Shown one piece after another: positions 52,982-62,951 of a stretch of DNA of 64,000 nucleotides. The position numbers and the translations under genes were made by a program. Every line of letters begins with the position of its first letter. Position 1 is the first letter of the stretch. Where the stretch lies: contig JBBATA010000001.1 of the NCBI GenBank assembly GCA_040399005.1, positions 22,199 through 86,198 of the forward strand, written 5' to 3'. This stretch comes from Solirubrobacteraceae bacterium. Lineage in GTDB: Bacteria; Actinomycetota; Thermoleophilia; Solirubrobacterales; Solirubrobacteraceae. The notes beneath the pieces were generated by a model that saw only the letters and a list, made by a program, of their open reading frames with translations, was not told where the DNA came from and did not search any database.

Positions 52982-53308
52982 GTGAGCGAGGAAGAACCGC
53001 CGATCTCCTACCGGGTCCTCAAGCCCGGTGCGCGAGTCGTCACCTCGGACGGCGAGGAGATCGGGAAGGTCCGCGAGATCCTCGACAACCAGGACGAGGA
53101 CATCTTCGACGGCCTGGTGATCGAGGGCCGGCACGGGCGCCGGTTCGTCGATGCCCCGGAGGTCGCCCGCATAACCCAGAGCACCGTGACCCTCACGCTC
53201 GACAGCCAGGCTGCGGCCTCACTGCCCGAGAACGACCCCGCCGGCGGCCCGGAGTTTTCGGCGAACACGAAGAGCGGGCGCTTCCGGCGGGCCTGGCGTC
53301 GCCGGTAA
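52982..53308 (+). CDS. PRC-barrel/DUF2171-like small protein
   Basis: 108 aa, GTG start. 'GARVVTSDGEEIGKVREI...FDGLVIE' pattern. Low-confidence family call. Confidence 0.4.
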   Translation: MSEEEPPISYRVLKPGARVVTSDGEEIGKVREILDNQDEDIFDGLVIEGRHGRRFVDAPEVARITQSTVTLTLDSQAAASLPENDPAGGPEFSANTKSGRFRRAWRRR

Positions 53309-53390
53309 CCGGCCGGTTATCGGGACACCGCCGGCGCCCGCGCCTTCGTACTATCTGCGGGCGGGAGGAAACCGCCAGCGGAAGGCAGCG

Positions 53391-54686
53391 ATGAGTTCCA
53401 ACGGAAAAGACGGCCTGCAGGTAACCGACGAGCGCACCGGCTCGCAGTACGAATTCCCGATCAGCGAGGGGACGATCCCGGGGATCGACCTTCGCCAGAT
53501 CAAGCAGGAGCAGGGCGACTTCGGCCTGATGTCCTACGACCCGGCCTACATGAATACCGCCTCGTGCCGCTCGGCGATCACCTTCATCGACGGCGACGAG
53601 GGGATCCTGCAGTACCGCGGCTACCCGATCGAGCAGCTGGCCGAGAACTCCAGCTACCTGGAGGTCGCGTACCTGCTCGTTCACGGCGAGCTTCCGACCG
53701 CCGACCAGCTGGCCGAGTGGACCTACCAGATAACCATCCACACCTTCGTCCACGAAAACGTCAAGGGGTTCATGCAGGGCTTCCGCCACGACGCCCACCC
53801 GATGGGGATGCTGCTCGGGGCCGTCGGCGCGCTCTCGACCTTCTACCCGGACGCCAAGGACATCAACGACCCGGCCAGCCGCGAGATCCAGACCATCCGG
53901 CTGATCGCCAAGATGCCGACCCTTGCCGCCTTCGCCTTCCGCCACTCCCGCGGCCAGCCGTACGTCTACCCGGACAACGACCTCTCCTACTCGGGCAACT
54001 TCCTCGGGATGCTCTACAAGATGACCGAGCTCAAGTACGAGCCCGACCCGCGGCTGGAACGGGCGCTCGACGTGCTCTTCATCCTCCACGCCGACCACGA
54101 GCAGAACTGCTCGACCAGCTCGGTGCGGATGGTCGGCTCCTCGGGTGTCGACCCGTACTCGGCGATCGCCGCCGGGATCGGCGCCCTCTACGGGCCGCTC
54201 CACGGCGGGGCCAACGAGGCGGTGCTGCGGATGCTGCGCCGGATCGAGACCAAGGACCGCATCCCCGCCTTCATCGAGGGGGTCAAGGCCGGCAACGAAC
54301 GGCTGATGGGGTTCGGCCACCGCGTCTACAAGAACTACGACCCCCGGGCCCGGATCATCAAGCGCACCTGCGACGAGGTCTTCGAGGTGACCGGGGTGAA
54401 CCCGCTCCTCGAGGTGGCCCAGGAGCTGGAGCGGATCGCTCTCGAGGACGATTACTTCGTCGAGCGCAAGCTCTACCCGAACGTCGACTTCTACTCGGGC
54501 CTGATCTACGAGGCGATGGGCCTTCCCGTGGAGATGTTCCCGGTGATCTTCGCCATCGGCCGCACCAGCGGCTGGGTCGCCCAGTGGCTCGAGATGCTCG
54601 ACGACCCGGACCTCAAGATCGCCCGCCCCCGGCAGATCTACACCGGCGCGCGGGACCTCGACTACGTCCCGATCGTCGACCGCTGA
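53391..54686 (+). CDS. gltA: citrate synthase
   Basis: 431 aa. Signature 'GFGHRVYKNYDPR' and 'HADHEQNCSTS'. Confidence 0.92.
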   Translation: MSSNGKDGLQVTDERTGSQYEFPISEGTIPGIDLRQIKQEQGDFGLMSYDPAYMNTASCRSAITFIDGDEGILQYRGYPIEQLAENSSYLEVAYLLVHGELPTADQLAEWTYQITIHTFVHENVKGFMQGFRHDAHPMGMLLGAVGALSTFYPDAKDINDPASREIQTIRLIAKMPTLAAFAFRHSRGQPYVYPDNDLSYSGNFLGMLYKMTELKYEPDPRLERALDVLFILHADHEQNCSTSSVRMVGSSGVDPYSAIAAGIGALYGPLHGGANEAVLRMLRRIETKDRIPAFIEGVKAGNERLMGFGHRVYKNYDPRARIIKRTCDEVFEVTGVNPLLEVAQELERIALEDDYFVERKLYPNVDFYSGLIYEAMGLPVEMFPVIFAIGRTSGWVAQWLEMLDDPDLKIARPRQIYTGARDLDYVPIVDR

Positions 54687-54815
54687 CCGGTGGCCTCTGC
54701 GGGGGAGTAAACCTCCGCGGCGACGCGAGCGAGGAGGCCTACACCGGGAGGATCCGGCGCAAGGCGATAGCCCCCGAGCCGGGCGGGAACGCGGTATCGG
54801 CGCTGCGCCGCACGC

Positions 54816-55484
54816 TCATGGGGAAAGCGGCGGGAGGCTGAGCGCCGTCCCGTAGCTGCGCAGCCACTGCCTGGGCTCGCGGTAGCCGGGCAGGTGGCTC
54901 TCCAGGAGCTCCCAGAAACGGGGGGAGTGGTCGGCCACCACCAGGTGGCAGGCCTCGTGCCAGGCGACGTAGACGAAGACCTCCGAAGGGGCGAGCATCA
55001 GCCGCCAGTTCATGGAGATCGCACCGCTCGATGCGCAGCTTCCCCAGCGCGAGCGCTGGTCGCGGATCGATACCGGGCCGTGGGAGACGCCCAGGGCGGT
55101 GCAGGCCTCCGCCAGCCGGGCCTGCGCCTCGACCCGCGCCTGACGCCGGTACCAGCGCTCCACCGCGGGGCCACCGCCGTCCCCGGCGGGGACCAGCAGC
55201 TCGTCGCCTCGCCGGTGGACACGCCTGCGCCCCGGCTCGGAGACCACGACCAGGCGCTCGTCGAGGAAGGGAACGGTGCCCGGATCGACGGCGAGCTCGC
55301 GGGCCGCGGCGGCCAGCGCCTCCCGGCGGCGGGCGACCCACGGGCCCAGCTCCCGCACCGCCCGGGCGGCCTCGTCCTCGGCAACCCCTACCGGCAGCAC
55401 CACCTCCAGGGCGCCGTCGCGCTCCATGCGCAGCCTTACGTGGCGGGCCCGGGAAGAGCGGCGGACGGTGTAGCCGGAGACCAC
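54816..55484 (-). CDS. YgjP-like (DUF45/M48-type) metal-dependent hydrolase
   Basis: 222 aa. 'SRWGSC' and HExxH 'HEACHL'. Confidence 0.7.
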   Translation of the reverse strand: MVSGYTVRRSSRARHVRLRMERDGALEVVLPVGVAEDEAARAVRELGPWVARRREALAAAARELAVDPGTVPFLDERLVVVSEPGRRRVHRRGDELLVPAGDGGGPAVERWYRRQARVEAQARLAEACTALGVSHGPVSIRDQRSRWGSCASSGAISMNWRLMLAPSEVFVYVAWHEACHLVVADHSPRFWELLESHLPGYREPRQWLRSYGTALSLPPLSP

Positions 55485-55631
55485 GCCGCCGAGACTACGC
55501 GCCCGGCAGGCGCAATAATCGCCGGCGATTCCCCCGTCGGCCGCCCAGCTGCCGACCGGCGTCCGCTCCCCCTTCGACGTCTTACTCCACGGAGTCCCGG
55601 GGCCCGGCGGTCGCCGGGCAGCTCGAGACCG

Positions 55632-56522
55632 TCAGCGTCCCGGAGGCTCCCACGGACGGAGAAGGCGAAGGGCGCTGACGATCGCGCGCGTCGCCGGCGA
55701 GCGGTTGAGCGTGTAGAAGTGGATCGCCGGCGCCCCGCCGGCGAGAAGCCCGGCGCACTGGAGCGTGGCGTAGGCGACGCCGAACTGGACGACCGCCTCG
55801 GGGTCCTCGGCTCGCGCGTCGAGCTCGGCCTGGAGGCCGGCCGGGATCTTCGCGCCGCAGAGCGAGGTGATCCTCTCGAGCTGGGCGATATTGGTGATCG
55901 GCAGGATCCCGGGGACGATCGGCACCTCGATCCCGATCTCGCGGGCCCGGGCCACGAAGTCGAAGTAGGCGCCGTTGTCGAAGAAGAGCTGGGTGATCAG
56001 GAAGTCGGCACCGGCGTCGACCTTCTCCTTCAGGTGGCGAAGGTCGTCCTCAGGGCTGGTCGCGTCGATGTGGACCTCGGGGAATGCCGCAGCACCGATC
56101 GCGAACTCGTAGTCGCCGCTGATCAGCTCGACAAGCTCGCGCGAGTACTCCAGCCCGCCCTCGGCCTTCGTCCACTCCCCTCCTCCCGGCGGGTCGCCGC
56201 GCAGCGCCAGGACGTTCTCTACGCCGCGCTCCCGGAGCTCATCGAGGGTCGAACGCAGGTCGTCGACGCTGGCCTCGACGCAGGTGAAGTGGGCCATCGC
56301 CTCGATCCCGTACTCGTCGCGGATCCGCGAGACGATCTCGATCGTCTTGTCGCGGGTCGATCCGCCGGCCCCGTAGGTGACCGACACGTACGCCGGATTC
56401 AGCGGGACGAGCTGCTCGACCGCCTCGAAGAGGTTGGCCTCCCCCTCCTCGGTCTTGGGGGGAAAGAACTCGAAGGAGAAAGGCGGCTCCTCGCTCTCCT
56501 GGATTATCCGGTCGATCCGCAT
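55632..56522 (-). CDS. metF: methylenetetrahydrofolate reductase
   Basis: 296 aa. 'FSFEFFPPKT' N-terminus and a TIM-barrel pattern. Confidence 0.85.
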   Translation of the reverse strand: MRIDRIIQESEEPPFSFEFFPPKTEEGEANLFEAVEQLVPLNPAYVSVTYGAGGSTRDKTIEIVSRIRDEYGIEAMAHFTCVEASVDDLRSTLDELRERGVENVLALRGDPPGGGEWTKAEGGLEYSRELVELISGDYEFAIGAAAFPEVHIDATSPEDDLRHLKEKVDAGADFLITQLFFDNGAYFDFVARAREIGIEVPIVPGILPITNIAQLERITSLCGAKIPAGLQAELDARAEDPEAVVQFGVAYATLQCAGLLAGGAPAIHFYTLNRSPATRAIVSALRLLRPWEPPGR

Positions 56523-56539
56523 GGCTTGGTCGCTTTACC

Positions 56540-57550
56540 TCAGGCCAGGGCCCAGTGGTCGGCCCCGCCCTCGTCATCGGCGGGGATCCTCTCCACGTCG
56601 CCGATGACCTCGAGGTGATGGAGGTAGCTGCGCGCCTCCTGAACCCAGAGGTTCGCGTGGAGCGGGGTGATCTCCTCCCCCTCGTGCACCGCGCCGACCA
56701 CCTCGAAGGCGGTCTGCGGGCCGGCCTTGAGGGCCTCCAGGCAGCCGGCCAGTCCGTCGGCGATGGCCACGCGGTTGGCGTTCACGTGGCCGGAGACCTC
56801 GGTGAAGGTGCGGCCGTGGCCGGGCAGGCAGAGGCGCATGTCGAGGTCGTCGACGACGTTGAGGGACTCCAGGTACTCGCCGACCGGGTCGGGCGTGAAG
56901 CCCGGCTCGAAGTAGAGCGAGACGCGGCCGAGCAGGTGGTCGCCGGAGATCAGCAGCCGGCGGTCGGGCTGGTAGAGGCAGACGTGCGAGGGAGCGTGCC
57001 CGGGCGTCTCGACCACGCTCCAGGGGCCAAGGTCGGTCTCGACCGTCACGCCCGGCACGAGGTCGCGGTCGGGAGGCACGATCCCGGCGATGCCCGAGCC
57101 GCGGCTGCGCGAGCCCTCGGCGTACCGGCGCACCGGCTCGGCCGGGAGCCCGTTGCGTACCGCGGCGGTGATCCGCTTCTCGATCGCGGCGTCGGGGTCG
57201 GCGGCCAGGACGCGTGCGTGCTCCCAGGCCGGGTGCATCCACAGCTCGCATCCAGTCCGCTCGATGATCGTCTGCGCCTGGCCGTAGTGGTCGGAGTGGG
57301 CGTGGGTGCAGACCAGCAGGCGAACGAGGTCGAGTCGCAGCCCCACCTCGTCGAGTGCGCGCTCCAGGTGCGCGAACGAGCCCGGCTCGTGGATGCCGGT
57401 GTCGACCAGGACGATCCCGTCCCCGGCGGCCAGCGCCCAGGCGTTCCCGTGGGGTATCCCGGGCCACGGCAGGGGAAGCCGCAGGCGCCAGACGCCCGGC
57501 AGCACCCGCTCGCCCCGGCCCACCACCTTCTTGCGTCCACGCTCTGCCAC
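56540..57550 (-). CDS. MBL-fold metallo-hydrolase
   Basis: ORF 56540..57682 trimmed to the GTG at aa 45. 'HAHSDH' metal motif. Lies 17 nt upstream of metF on the same strand. Confidence 0.75.
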   Translation of the reverse strand: MAERGRKKVVGRGERVLPGVWRLRLPLPWPGIPHGNAWALAAGDGIVLVDTGIHEPGSFAHLERALDEVGLRLDLVRLLVCTHAHSDHYGQAQTIIERTGCELWMHPAWEHARVLAADPDAAIEKRITAAVRNGLPAEPVRRYAEGSRSRGSGIAGIVPPDRDLVPGVTVETDLGPWSVVETPGHAPSHVCLYQPDRRLLISGDHLLGRVSLYFEPGFTPDPVGEYLESLNVVDDLDMRLCLPGHGRTFTEVSGHVNANRVAIADGLAGCLEALKAGPQTAFEVVGAVHEGEEITPLHANLWVQEARSYLHHLEVIGDVERIPADDEGGADHWALA

Positions 57551-57572
57551 GAAGGACAGCTTAAGAGACGCC

Positions 57573-57588
57573 CACCGGCCGGCCGGTG
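57573..57588. promoter_or_regulatory. 16-bp perfect palindrome CACCGGCCGGCCGGTG in a divergent promoter region
   Basis: Read directly in the 76-nt region between the two divergent MBL-type genes. GC palindromes are favoured by base composition, so its significance is uncertain. Confidence 0.3.
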
Positions 57589-57626
57589 CGCGGTAGCCTG
57601 ACCGCTCCTCAACCCGGGAGGGCCGG

Positions 57627-58850
57627 ATGGCCGACGAAGCGCAGGACGACAAGGACAAGGTCAACGCCAAGACGACGACCAAGGTCGCCGCCGACTACTT
57701 CGCCGCCCTCAACAACCACGACCTCGACGCCGCCGTGGCCATGTGGCGCCCGGGAGGCCGGGAGAACGTCCGCGGCCAGGTTGACACGACGGCCCCGGCC
57801 GGGGTGCGCGAGTTCCTCGGCGGGATCTTCGCCTCCTTCCCCGACTTCACCTTCGAGGTCGTCGAGACAACCGTCCAGAAAGACCGCGCCGCCGTGCGCT
57901 GGGCGGCTCGCGCAACCTTCACCGGGGCCCCGTTCCAGGGGATCGAGGCGACCGGGGCGCCGATCGAGCTCGAAGGCGTCGACATCCTGATCGTCCGCGG
58001 CGGGGAGATCGTCGAGAACAACGCCTTCGCCGACGGCATGACGCTCGTCCGCCAGCTCGGCCTGCTCCCCCCGGAGGGCTCGAAGGCCGACTCCGGCCTG
58101 AAGGGTGCCTTCAACGCCAAGACCCGGATCGCCGCGCGGCTCGGCGCCTCCGAGCCCGAGGAGGTGGCCGACGGCGTCTGGCTTATCCGCGGCGGCTTCC
58201 CCGGTAAGACGATGAACGTCTACCTGGTGCGCGACGGCGACGGGGTGATGCTCTTCGACGCCGGCGTCTCGTCGATGGCACCGGCCGTGGCCAAGGCCGG
58301 GGCGCAGCTCGGCGGCATAACGCGCGTGGTCCTGGGCCACGGCCATGCCGACCATCGCGGCGTCGCACCTGCGCTCGGGGTTCCCGTGCTCTGCCACCCC
58401 GACGAGGTAGCCGACGCCGAGGGTGACGGCGGGGAGCACTACTTCACGATGGACGAGCTGAACCTGCTCGGCCGGAAGCTGATGCCCAGGCTCCTGCACG
58501 ACTGGGACGGCGGGCCGGTGGAGATCTCGGGCACGCTCGAGGAGGGCGACGAGATCGCCGGCTTCAAGGTGATCCACCTCCCCGGCCACGCGCCCGGCCT
58601 GATCGGCCTCTGGCGCGAGTCCGACCGGCTCGCCCTGGTCAGCGACTGCTTCTACACGCTCGATCCCCAGACCGGATTCAAGGGCCATGCCCGCGTCCCC
58701 CACAGCGCCTTCAACCAGGACACCGAGCAGGCCCGGGCCTCGATCCGCAAGCTCGCGGCGATGGAGCCGGCGGCGGCCTGGCCCGGCCACGCCGACCCGG
58801 TCACCGGCGACGTGCGCGCAGCGCTCGAGCGCGCCGCCGACACGACCTGA
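57627..58850 (+). CDS. fusion protein: N-terminal SnoaL-like/ester-cyclase (NTF2-like) domain + C-terminal MBL-fold hydrolase
   Basis: 407 aa. N-terminal roughly 140 aa 'AADYFAALNNHDLDAAVAMW...ELEGVDILIVRGGEIVENNAF', then 'VYLVRDGDGVMLFDAG...LGHGHADHRG'. Confidence 0.65.
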   Translation: MADEAQDDKDKVNAKTTTKVAADYFAALNNHDLDAAVAMWRPGGRENVRGQVDTTAPAGVREFLGGIFASFPDFTFEVVETTVQKDRAAVRWAARATFTGAPFQGIEATGAPIELEGVDILIVRGGEIVENNAFADGMTLVRQLGLLPPEGSKADSGLKGAFNAKTRIAARLGASEPEEVADGVWLIRGGFPGKTMNVYLVRDGDGVMLFDAGVSSMAPAVAKAGAQLGGITRVVLGHGHADHRGVAPALGVPVLCHPDEVADAEGDGGEHYFTMDELNLLGRKLMPRLLHDWDGGPVEISGTLEEGDEIAGFKVIHLPGHAPGLIGLWRESDRLALVSDCFYTLDPQTGFKGHARVPHSAFNQDTEQARASIRKLAAMEPAAAWPGHADPVTGDVRAALERAADTT

Positions 58851-59215
58851 TGGGGCGCCGCTCCAGGCGCCGCGCGCGCTCGCAGGAGCCGCTCCCCGAG
58901 TCGCCGGTCGAGAGCTATGAGGGCCCCGACGGCCAGCGCCTGGCGCTGCGCACGGTGATGACGCCGAAGACCCGCGAGCTCTACGCGAAGACCTTCGCCG
59001 GGAATCCGCTCTCGCAGGAGGACGCCTGGCAGCGGGCCGTGGAATTCCTCTTCGAGCGCCTTGCCGTGGAGTGGGAGATAAACGGCGTCGAGACCGAGGG
59101 GCAGGCCGAGCTCCTGGCCCGCTTCCGCGTCGCCAGCCCCGACGAGCGCCGCTTCGTGCGCGAGAGCCTTCGGGCACATTGCGCCGAGTGGTTCCCGGAG
59201 CTGCAGGCCCCGTGA
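58850..59215 (+). CDS. hypothetical protein (121 aa)
   Basis: Start overlaps the upstream stop (TGATG) and stop overlaps the downstream GTG (GTGA). I recognise no motif. Confidence 0.4.
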   Translation: MGRRSRRRARSQEPLPESPVESYEGPDGQRLALRTVMTPKTRELYAKTFAGNPLSQEDAWQRAVEFLFERLAVEWEINGVETEGQAELLARFRVASPDERRFVRESLRAHCAEWFPELQAP

Positions 59216-60330
59216 GCCCCTCCTGGGAGGAGGCGGCCGCCCGGGTGGACGCGGCCTTCCCGACCCGCGCGATGGCCGAACTGCTGGCCGACTGGTGCCT
59301 GGAGGTAGAGCCCGGCCAGCGCGTTGTGGCCCGCTCGACGGCGATGGCTTCGCCGCTGATGGTCGCCTTCCAGGAGGCGGTCCTGGCCCGGGAGGCGTGG
59401 CCGACCCTCGAGGTGGAGCTTCCGGGACAGGCCGCCTCCTTTTACCGCCACGCCCGCGACACCCAGCTCGACGACTACGACGAGATGGCGATGGCCGTGG
59501 CCAAGTCGATGCACTCGGTCCTTTCGGTGCAGGCTCCCTACGAGGAGCACGAGCTCGCCGGCAGCGACCCGGCGCGGATCGCCCGCGCCGCCCGCGCCCG
59601 GCGCCCGGTGCGCGAGCGCACCCTCGGCAAGCGCTGGTGCTCGAGCCTCTGGCCGACCCCGGCCGGGGCCTCGCTGGCCGGCATGGGGCTGGAGGAGTTT
59701 GCCGGCTTCGTCGCCGGGGCGATGTTCCTCGACCGCCCCGACCCGATCGCCGCCTGGAAGCAGCTCGGCCGTTTCCAGGACGGCCTGGTCGAACGGCTCG
59801 GCCGGGTGCGCGAGCTGAAGATCGAGGCACCGGGCACCGACCTAACCCTCAGCGTCAAGGGCCGCAAGTGGGTCAACAGCGACGGACGGCGCAACATGCC
59901 CAGCGGCGAGGTCTTCACGGGGCCCGTGGAGGCCAGCGCTGAGGGACAGATCTCCTTCACCATCCCCAGCTCGCCGGCGGGGGTCGAGGTGACCGGGGTG
60001 GAGCTGGTCTTCCGGGAGGGCGAGGTCGTGGAGTCGAGGGCCCGGGCCGGCGGCGAGTACCTGCGCCGGGCGCTGGCCACCGATGAGGGTGCGCGCCGGG
60101 TCGGCGAGTTCGGGATCGGGACCAACTTCGGGATCGACCGCCCGGTCGGGGCGATCCTCTTCGACGAGAAGATCGGTGGCACCGTGCACCTGGCCCTGGG
60201 ACGTTCGTACCCGGAGACCGGCGGGCGCAACGAGAGCGCGCTCCACTGGGACCTCATCTGCGACCTGCGCTCCGGCGGTCGCCTCCTGGCCGACGGCGAG
60301 GAGCTCCTCGTGGACGGCCGCTTCACCTGA
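59212..60330 (+). CDS. M29-family aminopeptidase (second paralog)
   Basis: ORF 59071..60330 trimmed to the GTG at aa 48. 'NMPSGEVFTGP' and 'ILFDEKIGGTVHLALG...LHWDLI'. Confidence 0.75.
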   Translation: MSPSWEEAAARVDAAFPTRAMAELLADWCLEVEPGQRVVARSTAMASPLMVAFQEAVLAREAWPTLEVELPGQAASFYRHARDTQLDDYDEMAMAVAKSMHSVLSVQAPYEEHELAGSDPARIARAARARRPVRERTLGKRWCSSLWPTPAGASLAGMGLEEFAGFVAGAMFLDRPDPIAAWKQLGRFQDGLVERLGRVRELKIEAPGTDLTLSVKGRKWVNSDGRRNMPSGEVFTGPVEASAEGQISFTIPSSPAGVEVTGVELVFREGEVVESRARAGGEYLRRALATDEGARRVGEFGIGTNFGIDRPVGAILFDEKIGGTVHLALGRSYPETGGRNESALHWDLICDLRSGGRLLADGEELLVDGRFT

Positions 60331-60377
60331 ACGGGGCCGTTCCGGCGGCCGCGGGCGATGCTCTAGGTTGAGCGTCG

Positions 60378-61811
60378 ATGTTCGAACGGCACACCAAGAT
60401 CGTCGCCACGATCGGCCCTGCCTCGCGCGACCCGGAGATCCTCGCCCGCATGGTCGAGGCCGGGATGGACGTCGCGCGGCTCAACTTCAGCCACGGGACC
60501 CACGAAGACCACGCCGAGACCATCCGCCTGGTCGGCGAGGCCTCGGATCGGGTGGGACGCGCCGTCGCGATCCTCCAGGACCTCCCGGGGCCGAAGATCC
60601 GCATCGGCGAGATCAGCGAGGGACGCTCGATCCTCAAGGGCGGCCAGCAGGTCACCTTCATCTGCGGCGACGACGGCGAGGCCAGCGCCGAGGAAGGGCG
60701 GCTCACCGTCAGCTGGGCCGAGCTGGCCTCCGCGGTAGGCCCCGACGAGACGATCTACCTCTCCGACGGTGCGGTCCGCCTTCGCGTCACCGCCACGCGC
60801 CCCGAGGCCGGCGAGCTCGACGCCGAGGTCGAGATCGGAGGAGTGATCACCTCGCGCCAGGGGCTCAACATCCCCGGGCCGGTCGACGAGCTGCCCGCCG
60901 TACTCCAGGAGGACCTCGCCCACCTGGAGGCCGGCGAGAAGATGGGCGTCGACATCGTTGCGCCGAGCTTTGTCCGGCGACCGGAGGAGATCATCGAGCT
61001 GCGCGAGTACACGCGGGCACCGATCATCGCCAAGATCGAGAAGCCTCAGGCGGTCTCCCGCGCCGAGGACATCATCCGTGCCAGCGACGGGATCATGGTC
61101 GCGCGCGGCGACCTCGGGATCGAGCTGCCGATCGCCGAGGTGCCGATGGTCCAGAAACGCCTCCTGCGGCTGGCCGGCGAGCACGCCCGCGTCTCGATCA
61201 CCGCCACCCAGATGCTCGACTCGATGGTCCGCTCGCCCCGCCCGACCCGCGCCGAGGTGGCCGACGTGGCCAACGCGATCCTCGACGGGACCGACGCCGT
61301 GATGCTCTCGCAGGAGACCGCGGTCGGCGCCCACCCGGTCGAGGCGGTGGCGATGATGGACTCGATTGCCCGCACCACCGAGCGCGAGGCGCCCTACGCG
61401 CGCTGGAACGAGCACCGGGTCGCCCGCGATACGCGCGACCCCAGCTACACCGTCGCCCACAGCGCCGTGGAGGCGGCCGACCAGCTCGAGCTCGATGCCC
61501 TCATCGTCCCGACGCTCTCGGGCCGCTCTGCACGGCTGGTCTCCGCCCACCGCCCAACCGTCCCGATCCTCGCCCTCTCCCCCGGCCGGGAGACCGTCCG
61601 GCGCTGCGGCCTGCTCTGGGGCGTGACCGCGGGCTCGATGCGGCGCCACGAGACCACCGAGGAGCTGATCGCCGACGCGGCGCGCCGCGTGATCGAGCTG
61701 GGCTGGTGCACGCCGGGGCAGCGGGTGGGCATCACCGCCGGGCTCCCGAGCGGCCGGCCGGGAACGACCAGCCTCTTTCAGGTCCAGACGCTCGAGCCGC
61801 TGCCGACCTAG
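60378..61811 (+). CDS. pyk: pyruvate kinase
   Basis: 477 aa. 'KIVATIGPAS', 'MVARGDLG' and 'ATQMLDSM'. Confidence 0.92.
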   Translation: MFERHTKIVATIGPASRDPEILARMVEAGMDVARLNFSHGTHEDHAETIRLVGEASDRVGRAVAILQDLPGPKIRIGEISEGRSILKGGQQVTFICGDDGEASAEEGRLTVSWAELASAVGPDETIYLSDGAVRLRVTATRPEAGELDAEVEIGGVITSRQGLNIPGPVDELPAVLQEDLAHLEAGEKMGVDIVAPSFVRRPEEIIELREYTRAPIIAKIEKPQAVSRAEDIIRASDGIMVARGDLGIELPIAEVPMVQKRLLRLAGEHARVSITATQMLDSMVRSPRPTRAEVADVANAILDGTDAVMLSQETAVGAHPVEAVAMMDSIARTTEREAPYARWNEHRVARDTRDPSYTVAHSAVEAADQLELDALIVPTLSGRSARLVSAHRPTVPILALSPGRETVRRCGLLWGVTAGSMRRHETTEELIADAARRVIELGWCTPGQRVGITAGLPSGRPGTTSLFQVQTLEPLPT

Positions 61812-62545
61812 GCGGACTCGACCTGCGAGCCCGGGACTATGTCGTCCCGGCCGTCGGGCCAGCGGACCCAGGCCTTGTGGCCGCCGTCGTAGTCGGGCCC
61901 CAGGAGGACCAGCGTCGCCGGCTCCCCGAGCGCCGTGCACCCGGCTTCTCCCTCCGGGTCGACCCCGCGCCAGATGCGGATGAACCCGTTCTGCTCCCAC
62001 TCGTCGCCGATCGTCGTCGGGGCTGCGTGGCCGGGCATCACGACGGTCTCCTTCGGGAGCGCCATCAGCCTCTCCATGATCGATGCGTGAAGGTCCTCGT
62101 AACCGCTCGCGCCGGGAGCGCGCACGCCGCCGACCGAGCCCTTGAAGAGCGTGTCGCCGGTAAAGACGTGGCCGTCTACGAGGAGCGAGACCATCCCCGC
62201 CGTGTGGCCCGGGGTGGCCAGCGGCTCGACCTCAAGCTCCCCGATCATGAGCTTCTCGCCGGGGACGAGGTCGCCGGTGGCCTGAGGGACCTGGTCGCGC
62301 TCGGCCGGGTGGATCAGCACCTCGATCCCCGGATAGGCCTCGATCAGGGCGTCGACCGCGGCGACGTGATCGAAGTGATGGTGGGTCAGGAGGACGTGCG
62401 TCGGCTTCATGCCGAGCGCCGCCGCCTCCTCGATCAGCGGCTCGACGGGCCCGCCGGCGTCGACGAAGAAGGCCTCGCCTCCCTCCTCCCCGACCAGGTA
62501 GGTGTTGGTCAGGAAACCTTCAAGCTCGGAGCTCTTGACGATCAT
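61808..62545 (-). CDS. MBL-fold metallo-hydrolase (glyoxalase II-like)
   Basis: 245 aa. 'THHHFDH'. Confidence 0.7.
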   Translation of the reverse strand: MIVKSSELEGFLTNTYLVGEEGGEAFFVDAGGPVEPLIEEAAALGMKPTHVLLTHHHFDHVAAVDALIEAYPGIEVLIHPAERDQVPQATGDLVPGEKLMIGELEVEPLATPGHTAGMVSLLVDGHVFTGDTLFKGSVGGVRAPGASGYEDLHASIMERLMALPKETVVMPGHAAPTTIGDEWEQNGFIRIWRGVDPEGEAGCTALGEPATLVLLGPDYDGGHKAWVRWPDGRDDIVPGSQVESA

Positions 62546-62567
62546 GGCGTGAGGGTAGGCTACGCGC

Positions 62568-62951
62568 GTGGCCCGGCTGATTCACACCTGCTACCGGATC
62601 GGCGATATCGACCGCTCGGTTTCCTTCTACGAGGCGCTCGGGTTCGAGGAGACCGGCCGCATCCCGATCCGGGACGAGGCGATCAACGTCTTCATGAACC
62701 TTCCCGGCGACGGCGAGAGCCCGCGGCTCGAGCTCACCTGGAATATCGGGGTCGACTCCTACGAGATCGGCACCGGTTACGGCCACATCGCGATCACCAC
62801 CGCCGACCTCGACGGAACGCTGGAGGCGCTGGCCGAGAAGGGAATCGAGCCCGAAAAGCCCCCGTACTCGATCCGCGAGGGCGGCTCGCGGCTCTGCTTC
62901 GTGCGTGACCCGGACGGCTACCGCATTGAGCTGATCGAGCGTGCCGACTGA
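62568..62951 (+). CDS. gloA: VOC-family lactoylglutathione lyase-like protein (glyoxalase I)
   Basis: 127 aa, GTG start. 'HTCYRIGDIDRSVSFY' and 'GYGHIAI...DPDGYRIELIE'. Confidence 0.7.
   Translation: MARLIHTCYRIGDIDRSVSFYEALGFEETGRIPIRDEAINVFMNLPGDGESPRLELTWNIGVDSYEIGTGYGHIAITTADLDGTLEALAEKGIEPEKPPYSIREGGSRLCFVRDPDGYRIELIERAD

Noticed and set aside
54687-54815. A rho-independent terminator hairpin after citrate synthase (around 'CTGCGGGGGAG...CTCCGCGGCG').
   Set aside because: The pairing needs several mismatches or bulges and there is no U-tract, so it is not convincing by eye.
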